Source: Callorhinchus milii
Lineage: Eukaryota
Assembly: GCF_018977255.1 (NCBI RefSeq)
Contig: NW_024704742.1
Location: 12,092,001-12,156,000, forward strand
DNA length: 64,000 nucleotides
Direction of reading: 5' to 3'
The first letter of the stretch is position 1; each line of letters begins with the position of its first letter. Under the pieces are notes generated by a model. That model did no database searches. It was not told the DNA's origin and worked only from the letters and a program-made list of their open reading frames with translations. Both the position numbers and the translations under genes were made by a program. Positions 37,155 to 51,178 of this stretch are shown piece by piece.

Positions 37155-40100
37155 ATAATAATAATCCTTGCATTTGATATAGCGCCTTATCACGTCTTCT
37201 GGACATCTCAAAGCGCTTCACAGAATATATTGTAAGTGAATTGACTGTATATTTTGTGAGCGAAATGTGGCAGCCATTTGCATACAGCAGTGTTCCACAA
37301 ACAGTCGTGGATTGAGTCACCAAATTATTATTATTATTATTTTTCGTGAAGGGATTGTTAACCCTGAAAAAGTGATTCACCAATCAACTAACAACCGGGT
37401 TCCTACTTACTGATAGGTAAGCATAAGGTGGGTTTGCTCTTAAAATGCTAGTTTCCTACTTTAAAAAAATCTGACTGCTGGTTGATTAGATTGCTGCCAG
37501 CATCACTTCAGACATAATGTCTAATACATGCTATGTGCAAGAAGTGCCACTGACATCACTTTGTGAACCTTGCTTAGTACCCAGGAAGTGATGTCAGCAG
37601 CAATCTGAGGACACAAAGTTAACAGTGTTTCAGGAAAAGATATATTGTAAGTGAATTGACTGTATATTTTGTGAGCGAAATGTGGCAGCCATTTGCATAC
37701 TATTGAATGTGAATAGCCTGTTCACATTCACACAGTACACGAGACATCACAGGATATCAGTCAATTTTGTGCATTTTGTTATAAGGCGAGACCTGAGACA
37801 TTGGTAGAGGAAACCCACATTGTAATGGAAATACAACATATATGAGGTTTGATTTGTTGATTCCTTTTTTTTATTGAACTGTCTCTCCACAGTCCATGCT
37901 TTGGTAATGATCTGAGGCCTATAATCTTTCAGACTCTAGATTGATTTCAACCATTGCTCTAAAAGTAGTATATTTAAATAAACGTCTAATTTGAATTCTC
38001 TGGGTTAAAGTTCACTAAAATAGCAATCATTTCTCAGTGGGAAATTGTATTATAAAAAGGTAGTGCGAACTGACTACTTTAGCAGCTCATTGGCTGTACA
38101 GATGACAGATTCACGTCAGCAGGTAGTTGGTGACAATATCAAATGAAATACACATGTTAATGGCTTCATGTGGATTTAGCTAGTAAAACTCCAGCAGTAG
38201 CCTATGCACAGTCCAAGATTCCCAAGCCTGCCTACATACTTGCCACCTACACATGAAAATTCCCTTATGTGGATTGGAATGCACGCTCCCTTCCCCTGCT
38301 TACCTAATTCAGAGAATAATAATAATAATAATCCTTGCACCTTATCATGTTGTTGAGATGTCTCAAAGCACTTCACAGGAATATATTGTAAAGTGGATTG
38401 ACTGTATTTGTGGGTGAATTAGGTAAATTAAATGAAGTGTAATGTATTGGAATAGCACCTAGAGACCCTGAGAGAAAGGTTGGAACCCATTTGTCTGGAG
38501 CAATACATTTCATATTCCTTTCCGCTTCTGTGAATTGTGAGAAGTGCTTTGAGACATCCTCCCAATGTTAAAGGTGCTGTAAAATTGTCAATTGCTGTTG
38601 TTTTGGTCTCATCAAGAAGCAGTCAGAGAATGGTTCTGCCTTTCTTGTCCTTTTAGATCAGATTTAAGCTTCCTGACACTAAGCACCTCCAACAAGATGA
38701 GTTTAGCTTCTGCTCCCCTCAGATGGTCAGTCGTCTTGTATCAATGTAGGAACTTTGGAATCAACAAGTATTTAGATGACTATTTAGAAGGATTACAGAT
38801 ATATCTTCATACGTTACTCATTATTTTCAATGATGTCTCCAATAAATATTTTTGAATTGAGATGTTTTTCCAGTGGTATGGCCATCTTTGTTTTGTCATC
38901 CAAGCTATTTAATTAAGCCTTTATCATTATTGTGCTATATCTTGGAGCCCCACCAACTCGCTCCCTCCATTACCTCCTTCAAGCCCCAATTCAAAACCTA
39001 CCCCTTTGACCAGGTGTTTGGTCATCTTTCCCCTCCCCAACTTCTCAGCTCTTAACTCCAGCCAGCCCTTTGAGACATCCTCTCAACATGGAAGGCGCTA
39101 TATAAATATAAATTGTATTGCAAACTACTGATCCTAAATGGTGGCAAATCTTTTTAGAGATCTTTTTAGAAGATTTGTATATATGGTATTTTGATTCATT
39201 CGAAAGAAAACCTCTTCGTCCAATCTTCCCCGAGCCTGTTAACCCAAATCCTTTCAGACATGTTAAGTTCCTCTTTGTTCCTTGACATGAGAGTATTTTA
39301 TTTTTCACGTTGCGAGACTGCGACAAACACACAATATAGGAAATGTTCCAGTCAATTCCTACCAGCTTTCCTCAAAGTGCCATAAAGATTACATTTAATC
39401 TAGCACAATTACAGAATGCATTGGAAATGCAACACAGAATAGGAGACCACAAATTTTGCCATCGAATTTATACTATTGTTGTCATTCTGGAGATAATGGA
39501 TCCCATGACATTATTCGATGTGTATTCCGTCACCTATGTTCAACAAAAAAACATAAAAAGTGAAAATCTCACCAGCAGATTATAAAAAATTCTTGCACAT
39601 CTGCCAAATGGTATTATCTTGTGATTATTTCACTGTCTGAGCATACAATGGTAATCAAAATTTTGATGGCATTCCAGAAGGCATTGATCTTTAACGGTGA
39701 CAACTTTACATTCGTCTCCATTTGGCCATATGGATTGAGGAAGTAGAATATGTTGGCATCTTTCCTTTACCTGGGAACATTGGAAAGACTGGAAGCAGCT
39801 GAATTAATTTACACACTTTGATATATTAGAAAACACCTAAGGTTGAAAAGAATAGAAGAAAATGAATTAAGAAACAGTGATTACGAATAGTAGTTCTTGC
39901 ATTTGATATAGTGCCTTATCACGTCTTCGAGGCATTCCAAAACGCTTCATAGGATATACTGTAAAGTGAATTGATTGAATATTTTGTGGGTGAAACACGG
40001 CAGCCAATTGCGCATAGTGAGTTAGTGAGTTAGAGTAGGAATTGATAAGTTTAGATTTCGACAAAATGACAGAGAGGCAGAAGAGCGTGCAGGGTAATGC

Positions 40101-41000
40101 ATTTGGAGCTTGGGACTAATAACAATGGAGAGTTCAAAGGAGCTTCAGCTGTGATGCATTTAGCAAAATAAAGAAAGAAAATCACTCTTTTCCTGGGATA
40201 ATAATGCCTTAAAAAAAAACAATGAAATTGGTCACTTCAATCCACTAATGTTTGTGGGACACTGCCGAATTTCACCCACAAAATATACAGTCAATTCAGT
40301 TTACAGTATATTCTGTGAAGCACTTTGAGATGTCTTGAAGATGTGATAAGGGGCTATATCAAATGCAAGGATTATTATTATTATTATCATGTCGTCAAAA
40401 TGCTTCACAACATACACTGTAAAGTGATGTGACTGTGTATTTTATAGGCAAATGCAGCAGCCAATTTGTTTGCAGTAATATCCCACAGCCATGAAGTGAA
40501 TGAACTTTATTTTTATTTGAGGGATTGTTGGGCAGGACACCGGGAGAAACTCCCTTCTCTTTTTGAATAGTGCCATGGGATTTTTTACATCCACCTTTCT
40601 TCGAAGGATGGCAGCTTCAATATTGCAGCACACTCCTAGCACTGCATTGGAGTGTCGACCTGGACTATATGCGTTTCAAGTACTGATTACAAGGGATGAA
40701 CTCACAGCCTTCTAACTCAAAGGCGAGAGTGCTACCAACTGAGTCAGGCTCAAACACAAATAATACCTCTCACAGTGATCAGCACAAAACTTACCAAAAG
40801 AAAGTGGTACGCTTCTTATTGTCCTGTGGATTGGTTTCAAGATTCTTATTCTAATCTTCAAATGGCTCCACACTCTTGCTCCACCTGACCTCTCTGATCT
40901 CTTCTCCTCCTTACCTCCCTATTTTCCAACCTACTCAGACTCCCACTCTGTTTCTGTGAAGTGCTCTGAGACATTTTCCTATGTGAAAGGCACTATACAG
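37155..41000. mobile_element. Scattered SINE fragments (~37155-37420 -, ~38316-38415 -, ~39890-40016 -, ~40190-40385 +), L2 tails (~38950-39120, ~40810-41000) and a Deu SINE (~40385-40750 -)
   Basis: Family motifs, e.g. GGCGAGAGTGCTACCAACTGAG (reverse Deu head) near 40722-40743. Confidence 0.7.
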
Positions 41001-41639
41001 CTAAATTTATGGTTGGCGATGTAAGTGAGATTGAGTCAATTGGAAATATTTTTCAAAAAAATAAAACTGCCTATCCAAAGAATTTGTTCTGGATCTGCCT
41101 CTGTTTTATCCATCAGCCACTTGTCCTCTGCTGCAGATCTGAACTCACAGATTTAATGATCAGTTCTACAGCAGAGCATAAGTGGTTGATGGATAAAACA
41201 AAATTACAGTAAAATACTTGAAATACTTGGAAGCACATCCTCCTGACATGAAGGTGCTATATCAAAGGCATGAATTATTATTGTTATTAAACTGTAGAGA
41301 TGAGTAAACCAGGGTAAATAGTCTTGAGAATAGTCTTGAGCCATAAATAAATCGCCTGAAGCAACTCTGAAGATTCTTACTTCTTTTATGAATTTTACGG
41401 AAAATTATGGAGTGAGAGATGCATTTTGTGAAACAACCTAGATTAAAACTATATGTTTCAAATACTAAAAATGTTAATAGTACAGCACTTACCAAGAATT
41501 GGTGGCAGGAGCTCAGTTTAGGCCAGGAGTCAAGCAAACAGATGGCAGTAGCATGACACAGGTGATATTTCTATCTTGGGTCACTCACAAGCAGGCGAAG
41601 CCACTCCACCCACAGTAGCAGCCTCAAGCAAACAGTGCA

Positions 41640-43222
41640 AGAGGCCCAGGGCCTAGCACACTGTGTGTCGACCTGCAACCAGGGTTCTCTCTGTCTCCTC
41701 GTCCTTCTCGATCTCTCGGCCACTTTCAATATTGTTGACCACTCTATTATAATAATAATAATCCTTGCATTTGATATAGTGCTTTTCATGTCGGGAGGAC
41801 GTCCCAAAGCGCTTCACAGAACACACTGTAAAGTGAATTGACTGCATATTTGTGGGCGAATGCGGCAGCCAATTGCGCACAGCAATGTCCCACAAACAGT
41901 CGTAGATTAAAAATGACCAATTTATTATTGTTTTTGGTTTTGGAGGGATTATTATTAGGCTCTGTGTGGAGTAAGGAAACTTGCCCAAGGTTTCGCTCTG
42001 CCTGGAATTGAACTCAGGTCTCTCGCTTGCAAAGCGAGTGCTCTAACCACTGAGCTACAGGACTCCACTATTCTCCTCCACCATCTCTCCTCTCACCTGC
42101 ACCTCAATGGTTCTGTTGTTGCCTGGTTCCAATCCAACCTTTCCCACCGTCTGCACTTTGTGGCCACCAACAGCTTCTCCTCTAGTCCCTGCCACTGTAT
42201 TGTGTGGCGTCCCTCAGGATTCTGTCCTCGGTCCCCTCCTCTTATTCAATCTATACATGCTCCCACTTGGCGATGTCATCCGTGGGCATAGGGTCAATTT
42301 CCAAATGTATTTGGATGACACACAGCTCTATATCGCAGCCTCCACCCTTGCTGCCAGGACCGTTGATGTCCTGGCTAATAATCCGTCTGACATCAAGTTC
42401 TAGGCGAGAGCCAACTTCCTCCAGCTCAAAGTTGGCAAAACAGAACTTGGCTCCCAGCAGCGCCTCCTCACCTCAGCCGCTGACACTATCACCATTCTTG
42501 GCTGCATTCTTCACCTACCAAGCCAATCCAAAACCTCAGTATCCTTTTCAACCCTCAGCTATCCTTCAAACCCACATTAGTGCCGTGACCCGTTCCACCT
42601 TTCTATACATCCGCAACATTACCTGCCTCTGCCACTGTCTCTCACCGCAGGCCACCGAGACCCTGATCCATACTTTCATTACATCCCGGTTTGACTACAC
42701 CAACTGCCTGCTCGTTGGACTTCCCAACTCTTTCCTCCACAAGATGCAGATTATTCAGAACTCTGTAGCTCATGCCCTCTCCTACACCAGACTCTGGGAA
42801 CCTATCACCCACATTCTTGCCTGACTCCACTGGCTCCCCATTCCTCTGAGAATCGAGGAAAAAATCTTTGTTCTTACCTTCAAGGTCCTCCACGGTCTTG
42901 CTCCCCTCTACCTCTCTAACCTCGTAATCCCATGTCAGCCTGTCCACTCCCTTCACTCAGTGGACATTGACCTGCTTCAGGTCCCCCGCATTTCCCACCC
43001 CACCATTAGCGGTCGGGCATTCAGCATCTCTGCCCCCACTCTGGAAATCTATCCTGCAATCCCTCCACCTCACCCCTCTTTTGCCTCCTGCAAGTCCCAT
43101 CTGAAGGCCTTCCTCTTTCATCGTACCTTCGGCCAACCTCCCACCCACAACCCCCTGTCCCTCCTCTCCTTCTGACCCAAACTCCCAGCTCGGGTCCAAA
43201 ACCCCTGATTGTCCAGTGCCCT
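41640..43222 (+). mobile_element. L2 LINE fragment (RT to 3' end) with nested short-form SINE (41746-42068, -)
   Basis: LLVLLDLSATFNIVDHSI then, after the SINE, LLHHL...[22 protein letters not shown]...[10 protein letters not shown]...TSRFDYTNCLL. Confidence 0.92.
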
Positions 43223-43834
43223 GTGATGTAGTGGAAAAGGGTGTGTATAGTGGATTCCGTGGAAAACGTGTGACCACATTTTTGGATTGGCCCAGGTCAT
43301 TAGGAGGCTGCACAGTAAGAAACCATATCAAAATCACTCTTGAATTTACAGTCGATGTGTTTACAAGGTTTGTGATAAAATTGTTTTTTAGTAAACCTAC
43401 ACCATATCAACACATCAAAATGGTGCTGCATTTGCAACAAGCAATTAATCTCATCAATAAAAGTCTGACATACTTGGTTTCTCAATTATGTCCGACATGT
43501 TTGGTTTCCCATTTGATGGTGATTTGTTTGAAAAATCTTTTTTATTCCAGATGTACTACTGTTCAAACATCTTCAGAAGCTGACTTCCAACAAAGTGCAA
43601 TATTTTCTGAAGCACAATTTTCTTTTTAGCAGGTTTATGCTTGTGAGTAATTGCACCAACATCGGGTGCAAAATGCCACATAAATTTGAACAGAACGGTT
43701 GTAAAATGCAATAAAATAATTGAATAAAAGGGTTTACTTCATTCAGCAAGTTTGGAATCTTAAACCTATTGTTTAAACCTGCATGTCAGTGTGGGGGATA
43801 TAGGTGGGAGGGAGATAAGCAGGGTCTCCTTGGA

Positions 43835-45000
43835 GCTGAACTTCAGAACTCTCCTGCCTGCATACTTACCCGGATCAAACTCCGTACCACCATCTCACCA
43901 GTTCTGGCCCAGGCTCCACTGGTTCCGCATCACTGAATGGATCAACTTCAAGATCGTCACTCTCGTGTTCAAATCCATTCACTCCCTGGCACCTCCTGAC
44001 CTTTCCGACCTCCTCTCTCCCCAATCCACCACCCAGCGCCTCCACTTGACTGGCACCGGCTTCCCGCTTGTCCCTTGCAGCCTCCGCCCCACCATTGGAG
44101 GTCACGCGAAAGCGACTATGCCCCAAAACTCTGGAACACTCTCCCTCGATCCCTCCACTTTCCCCCTCTCTCCCCTATTTCAAGTCCCACCTGAAAACCT
44201 TCCCTTTCGATCGTGCTTATGGTCAACTTCCCCCCGGAGTGTTAGGTTCTGCCACTGTTAAACGCTCTGAGATGCTACCCTGCGTGGAGGACATTATATA
44301 AGTGCAAGTTGTGGTTGTTGAACTGGCTACAAGGTGACATGCTTGCCAACGGAATTTCAGGATTGAGCCCACTCTCTGTGAAAGTCTCGGTAGTCCATCT
44401 CCTGAGCCAGACAGGTCCACTGTATTTCAAGACATTTCTGATGATAGCCCGGGAAGCCTGACTCATCACAACAGACCAGTCACTGGGAACAGGAATTCTT
44501 TCCAATCCTGTTAAAATTCACAGGAATACTTAAGAGTATCACAATACATAAGAGTATCTAAACTAGACAGAATTCTATATAGGCCATCTATACATAGAAA
44601 TTTCCATGCATTGGAATTGAATACACACTCTTTGCCCTGATAGTCACTAGTTTTTCATATTATGAAACTTAAGCCAATAATACATTCATACAGTTCAAAG
44701 TTTTGAAACTTGCTCTGAACCAGAGGAGTAGACAGGAAACAAAAGCGTAAAGTTGAATTATTGGACAACAAACAGAAGAGATATTAGGTGAAAATGACAG
44801 GAAATAAAGCAACAAAGATAATTTGAAAGAAGGAATAAAGAGGGAAAAGGAGAATAAACACGTTTACAATACAAAAGTACATTTGTATAGCGCCTTTCAT
44901 ATTGGGAGGATGTCCCAAGGCACTAGACAGTCAGGGATTTGGACCCGAGTGGGGTGGGGGGTGGGGTGGGAGGGTGGTAAGGGAGGAGGTTAGGGAGATT
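43835..45000. mobile_element. L2 3' fragments ~43835-44320(+) and ~44865-45000(-)
   Basis: LHWFRITEWINFKIVTLVFKSIHSLAP; reverse L2 tail with G-rich UTR. Confidence 0.8.
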
Positions 45001-45534
45001 TAGTGGTAAATACTATTTTTTTTGTATACTATGGTTGATTTGGGAATAGAAATACTTAGTTTAACTGTGATGTGTAGTTCTGATGATTTAGGGTTTTGAA
45101 ATATTAGAATGTGTGTTGTTTATTAATCCTCTAAACTGCTGATCTGCATAGCTCTGTGGAGTCTCTTGTTTATGTGGGCTGACAGGTTCCGCAAATTATC
45201 AGCTCAAACACTGCGATGTTTAAAAACAATATACTTATTACAGCAGTAAATCTACTCAATATGTATTAGCTATGGCTATTCACAGTAGCAACCCACAGCT
45301 TTTTATTAGAATGAATTCAAAAGTATTAAAATCATAAATTATTTAAAAATATATCATTTTCAGAAATTATCTGAACTTATCCTGTCATTCATTTGGTTCT
45401 TTCTAACTTCTCTTTTTCCTTATTTGTGCTCTGTCCTGTTTTACTTATTTGAACTTGACATACATAACGAAACTCCTATTTACCTAATCAAAACTTATTT
45501 TCTGTCTTTTTCTGAGTGTACAAACTAATAAAAA

Positions 45535-46683
45535 TAGATCCTTGCATTCGATGTAGCACCTTATCATGTCTTCAAGACAATAATAATCCTTGCATTTGAT
45601 ATAGCGCTTTTCGCATCTTCTAGATGTCTCAAAGCGCTTCACAAAATAGTGAATTGACTGCATATTTGTGGGCGAAACATGGCAGCCAATTGCACACAGC
45701 AGTCGTGGATTGAGTGACCACTCAAATTTTTCTTTTTTTTTGAGGGATTATTATCCCCGGCAAAGCGATCCGACAATCGACTAACAACCAGGTTCCTATT
45801 TACTGCTAGGTAAACAGGGGCATACAGAGTAAGGAAACCTGTCCAACATTTTGCCTTGCCCGAGAATAGAACCCAAGTTTTCGCGAGGCGAGTGATCTAA
45901 CCACTGAGCTACAGGACTCCACGATGTCTCCACAAAGCGCTTCACAAAATATACTGTAATGTGAATTGACTGTAATTTTTTGTGGCCAAAACGCATAGTA
46001 TTTCTTTAGCAACAACCCAAACTTTTCATCAGGTGCAACATACTTCACACTGCAAAATAATTCTCTGGGCATGGATTAACAGAGACTTCAGCACAAAATC
46101 TTCCCCCAAAGTGTTTGGACTTTTCATTATGGTAATGAGTTTGAATCCAAACGTGGCCATTTGTGTCTGAACTTCCCTGAGATATAAGAATGTGTTAATT
46201 TCAAGTGGGTAAGTTTATTGTTAAAAAAGAAAGCTACTCTACTACATCACTTAAACATGCATTCTTGAAATGTCTACCATTAAAATGTTCTCATGCTTTT
46301 TAAAAAAATAATAATGATAACTTGGTCACTCAATCCACAACTGTTTGTGGGTCACTTTGTGTGCAATTGGCTGCCACTTTTTTTCCACAAAATATACAGA
46401 AAATTCACTTTATCACTTTGCAGTATATTCTGTGAAGCACTTTGAGATGTCTCAACGATGTGATAAAGCGCTATATCAAATGCAATATCGATTATTATTA
46501 TCATTAGGCTTCAATAAATCGGTCATTTTCAATCTATGACTGTTTGTGGGACATTGCTGTGCGCAATTGGCTGCCGCGTTCGCCCACATATATACAGTGT
46601 GTTCTGTGAAGCGCTTTGGAACGTGCTCCCCCGACGTGAAAAGCACTATATTAAATGCAAGGATTATTATTATTATTATTATT
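45535..46683. mobile_element. SINE copies: ~45535-45990(-, stacked) and ~46310-46683(+, two tandem 3' parts)
   Basis: Head reverse CCACTGAGCTACAGGACTCCAC at ~45901-45922; repeated tails. Confidence 0.85.
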
Positions 46684-47080
46684 GCCCTGTGTTGTCATGT
46701 AACATGGACATGTAATCGAATAGATGAGCAAGGGGTAGAGGGAACACTAAAATTAAACATTTAGAGCGAGGAGATAGAAATGTAAATAACTGACATCAAT
46801 TCTCCCTAACATCAATCCTATCTAACTGACTTATCATGATGTGCCTTTTCCATGTTTTTCTGCAGTAGGTAAATCATTTGAAATTGGATAGTTGAGCTTT
46901 CAAACAAATTAATTATAATTATTATAGTGAATTCAGTGACAAGGTTGCACATGTTTGTACTCGATGGAGAGCAAAGCAATGGACAGTGCCTGATTAATTT
47001 CCTGGACTGATAACGTCTTCAAAATAGCAACAATCGGATCATGAATGGGGAAAATGTAAGCCAAAGAAATATGCACACCA

Positions 47081-47103
47081 ACACACACACACACACACAC
47101 ACA
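47081..47103. repeat. (AC)n microsatellite
   Basis: ACACACACACACACACACACACA. Confidence 0.95.
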
Positions 47104-47624
47104 AGCATATATATACAACGGCAGCATAAATATACTATAAATAAAATGGCCAAATCTCACAGAAATGACATTTGTGTGAAATGGACCCTTGAGGATTTTT
47201 ATAGGTCAGAACACAATTCTATTATGGAGCACATGTATAATAGAAAGCAAGCACCCACTGAAAAATACTTTGAGAACTGTTACTAAAGCCATTTATAATA
47301 TAGGTTCATGTTAGGGATGAATTCCCAGGTTTGTGTTTACAGCCAAATGTATAGATAGTTGTCTGTTTGTGGTCGGATTTTTGATGTTCTCCTTGCACAA
47401 AGAATTCTGGATTAGTACAAATTGCACTGTGAAATCAACAGCTGTAAGTTCTAGTTTCCTGAGAATCACTTGGCAGAAGCTAAAACAATCTAAGTATTCT
47501 GGGTATTTTAGATCCTAGGTCTCCCTGACCTTTACTGGAGAGTTAGTGTATTTTCCCTGAAATGAAAATAGAAACGTGTTTGAAATGCCACTGCAAGTTG
47601 GGTCAGCATCTGAAAGAGGTAAAC

Positions 47625-48690
47625 AGAACAAGGGGGCATAATCTTAAAATTAGAGCTAGGAGCCATCACCCAATGGGTAGTGGAAATCTGGAACTCTCTC
47701 CCCCAAAAGGCTGTGGATGACTTGTTACAACAACAACAACTTGCACTTATACAGTGTCCTCCACCAGGTAGCATCTCAGAACGCTAAGCAATGGCGGAGC
47801 CTGACTACGAACCCAGGGAGCGGTGGGGGGAGGTCGCCATAAGCACGGTCAAAGAGGCAGATTTTCAGGCAGGAATTGAAAAAAGGGAGAAAGGGGGCAA
47901 GGTGGAGGGATTAGAAGGAGAGTGTTCCAGAGTTTTTGAGCATAGTGGCTGAAAGTGCAACCCCCGATGGTGGGGCGGAGAGTGCGAGGGACGAGCAGGA
48001 GGCCGGTGCCAGTCGAGCAGAAGTGCCAGGTGGTGGATTGGGAGGTGAGGAGTCGGAGAGGTAGGGAGGTGCCAGAGGTTGAATGGATTTGAATGTGAGT
48101 GTGAGGATCTTGACATTGATCCATTCGGTGATGGGGAGCCAGTGGAGCCTGGCCAGAACTGGTGCGATGTGGGTACGGAGTTTGGTCCGGGTCGGTATGC
48201 AGGCGGCAGTGTCCTGAATGAGCTGGATTCTTTGAATTGTAGAGTTGGGGAGACCGATGAGAAGTGCGTTTGAGTAATCCAAGCAGGAGCTAACAAACGC
48301 TTGTACGAGGGTTTCAGCTGCACTTGGGATAATGTACGGTCAGATGTGGGCAATGTAGGGAGGAAGGACAGTTGGGGATTCAACCGGACGCCTAGGTTGT
48401 GCACTGAATCTGAGGGAGATTCCAGGGAGGTTGAGGAGTTCAGATCCGCAGGAGTGAAGACTTTGATGGGAACCAAGGAGTATGGCTTCTGTCTTGTTCA
48501 CATTCAGCTGCAGCAAGTTTGCACTCATCCAAGCGCTGATGTCTGCCAGATGTCTGATAGGTCAGGTTATTAAGAGATACAGGGCAAGGGCAGATAATGG
48601 AACTTGAGGTACAGATCAGCCATGATCTTGTGGAATGACAGAACAGGCTCGATGGGCTGAATGGCCTACTCCTGTTTCTATGTTTCTAGA
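47625..48690. mobile_element. CR1 3' end (+) split by an L2 fragment (-, ~47725-48555)
   Basis: CR1 ACAAGGGGGCATAATCTTAAAATTAG before and GAATGGCCTACTCCTGTTTCTATG after; insert has LQLNVNKTEAILLG and LHWLPITEWINVKILTLTFKS. Confidence 0.88.
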
Positions 48691-50845
48691 TCACGCCTAT
48701 TTCAGACACTGATCAACATGCCTTCAGTTTTCCTATTTTGAGTTCAGATTTCCAGCCCATTTTTTTGTAATCCTTATGAAAGCGTTATTAAATTATTAAG
48801 TTCCCCTTAATGCACAAGAGCAAATCTGTGAAAGTTATCAAATGGACTAAAATTACATTTAGCCCACTTCAACCTGCATTGAGTAGAGTAGAACAAATCC
48901 CCTGAGATTGCCAAAGGACTTTTAAGGTTGCCCGTCCTTTCTGTTATAACCATCTGCATTCCAGTATAACTGTAATTTATTTGTATGTTATTGTAAAGTT
49001 ATTTGTATGTGTACGTGTAAAGTTATCTTGAAATGTGTACAAATCGAAAACAATACTGGGAATTAACTGGTGGGGGTAATCAGTCTTGTTTTGGTACTGA
49101 ACTGTTTCTGTGAATCTCAAAGGGCTTTGTTTAAATCAAAATGGCTTTTCTTGGTGACCTTTCGTTACTTTTCATATTGTCTGTAAAGAATGTGAGTCAA
49201 TAGATTAAACTACAGACTTCAGACAAATGTCTTATAAGAGTTGCTGGTAAACAGGCGGTGTTAGCCTCACTCCCCTGATGTGCACTGCAGAAGGTGTAAA
49301 TAGTGTGCAGTGTGCTGCAATAAAAAATAACAACATGGAACAAACTGTATAATCAAACCCAGCAATTCAATAGGGAACTAGAGTATTTGTACAGGAAAGA
49401 CGTTGGATCTTATCACTGATACTGCACGGAATTTGAGACTGAGTTTGTAGAATGAAACTGGAGTCTGCTGATACAAAAGACAATGCACCCTGAATATATT
49501 ATTTGCTTCCATACAACGGGGCAACTGAGAATAATTTGTGAGTGCTCAGATCTTAACAGGTGGACATGGGATTGGATGAGGGTGCAATGTATTGAGGCTC
49601 CAACATGTTGTGCCACAAAGAATTCAATGTAATTCACGTATATTATAGATTTATTCCCATAACAGAGAAGATTCTTATCTCAGTTTCACTATGATGAAGA
49701 AGTACAATGTAGTCTAGATATTAACCTTCACAGGATGTTACCCTGCGTGTGGGGCGTGAGATAAATGCAAGTTGCTGTTGTTGAGAAGGCAATCGGGTGG
49801 GTGGTTTTGGGTGCTGTTTTTTCCCTACTGACTTGCTAGGTGCCAGTGTTGGTGAAGAGGTGTGAAAGTTGGTATTAATTCTGTCCCTTTGGTCCTTTAA
49901 GCCACTGTGCCCCGAGTCTCTGCATCCTTGATTCAATTGCACTTCCTTGTCTCCTCTTTGCCCGTCTTCAAATTGTATTCTTTCTTGTCAATGCTAGTTT
50001 TGATCAGAATGTTCACCTCGTGGAAATCATTTAAAGGTATTTGTTCATGCACATAAAACATGCTTTTTGAGCCAATGAGATTGCAGTATTCCCTTGGAAC
50101 AGCAAATGGCAAATTCAAAGGTACAGCATAAATAGCAGGTAACTGGGCAAGAAGTATTTGTGCATTGAGAGTGCAATGATTTTTAAAATTAATTTGTAGT
50201 TGAATATTAATTCTTAATTTAAATGATCCCAAATCAAAGGTTCTTGTTTAAATGATGGAAGCCTTATCTCACTGCAATGAGCTAAGTTACAATGTACCCC
50301 TATCCCACTTGAAATTAAGAAAAAACAGTTAAATGAGTTTCCAAACTCATTTCGCCCACAAAATATACAGTCAATTCTCATAACAGTATAGTCTGTGAAG
50401 TGCTTTCTTGAAGACGCAGTAAGGCGCTATATCAAATGCAAGGATTATTATTATTTTAACTGAAGTCCAGTTATGCTCTCTGAACATCCCATTGTCCTAG
50501 TTCTTTCATAATTAATTGCTATGAGAAAGTGCATTGGATTTACCTTTTCAGACAGTTCCCTCCAGCCATGTTCCTCCTACAAAACAGAACAAGGCTGCTC
50601 TGTTGAAAATCATTGAACTCTCACTGTAGATGGTTAAACAGTGGATCTCTCCAGGACCAGCATATCACACATGAATGAATAAAAAACAAGAATGATCAAT
50701 GTGATGTGTTTGCTGCTTTTCTTTCTTTAAGATAGATGCCCACATAGCGGCTGAATTCAGGCTTCTGATTCATTCTCAAATAGAACCCTTTCCTCTATCT
50801 GTTCAATTAGCCGATATAAAGGAAGGTTATTTGAGTTGGTATGTA

Positions 50846-51178
50846 AATAATAATAATAATCCTTGCATTCGATATAATGCCTTATCACATCTTCAAGAAC
50901 TCTCAAAGCGCTTTGCAAAAAATACTGTAAAGTGTTTTGACTGTATATTTTGTGGGTGAAACGCAGCAATTGCCAATTGCACACATTGAGTAACCATTTT
51001 TTTTAAGGAATTATTAACCCCAGCAAAGCAATTCACCAATTGATTAACAACCGGGTTCCTGCTTACTGCTAGGTGTGTGGAGTAAGGAAAGTTGCCCAAC
51101 GTTTTGCCCTGCTGGGAATCAAACCCAGGTCTCTTGCTTGCGAGATGAGTGCTCTATACTGAGTACTACAGGACTCCA
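50846..51178 (-). mobile_element. tRNA-Ala SINE, long form
   Basis: Complete reverse head, middle and tail. Confidence 0.85.

Noticed and set aside
44340..44515. Open frames on both strands (ESLGSPSPEPDRST... / LERIPVPSDW...)
   Set aside because: No recognised protein, weak splice context, directly beside an L2 tail
47555..48765. Faint Penelope-like tail remnants at ~47555-47625(-) and ~48700-48765(+)
   Set aside because: Too decayed to call; no hammerhead core retained
49933..50232. 99-aa minus-strand ORF ending KTGKEETRKCN
   Set aside because: No recognisable domain; length within chance expectation
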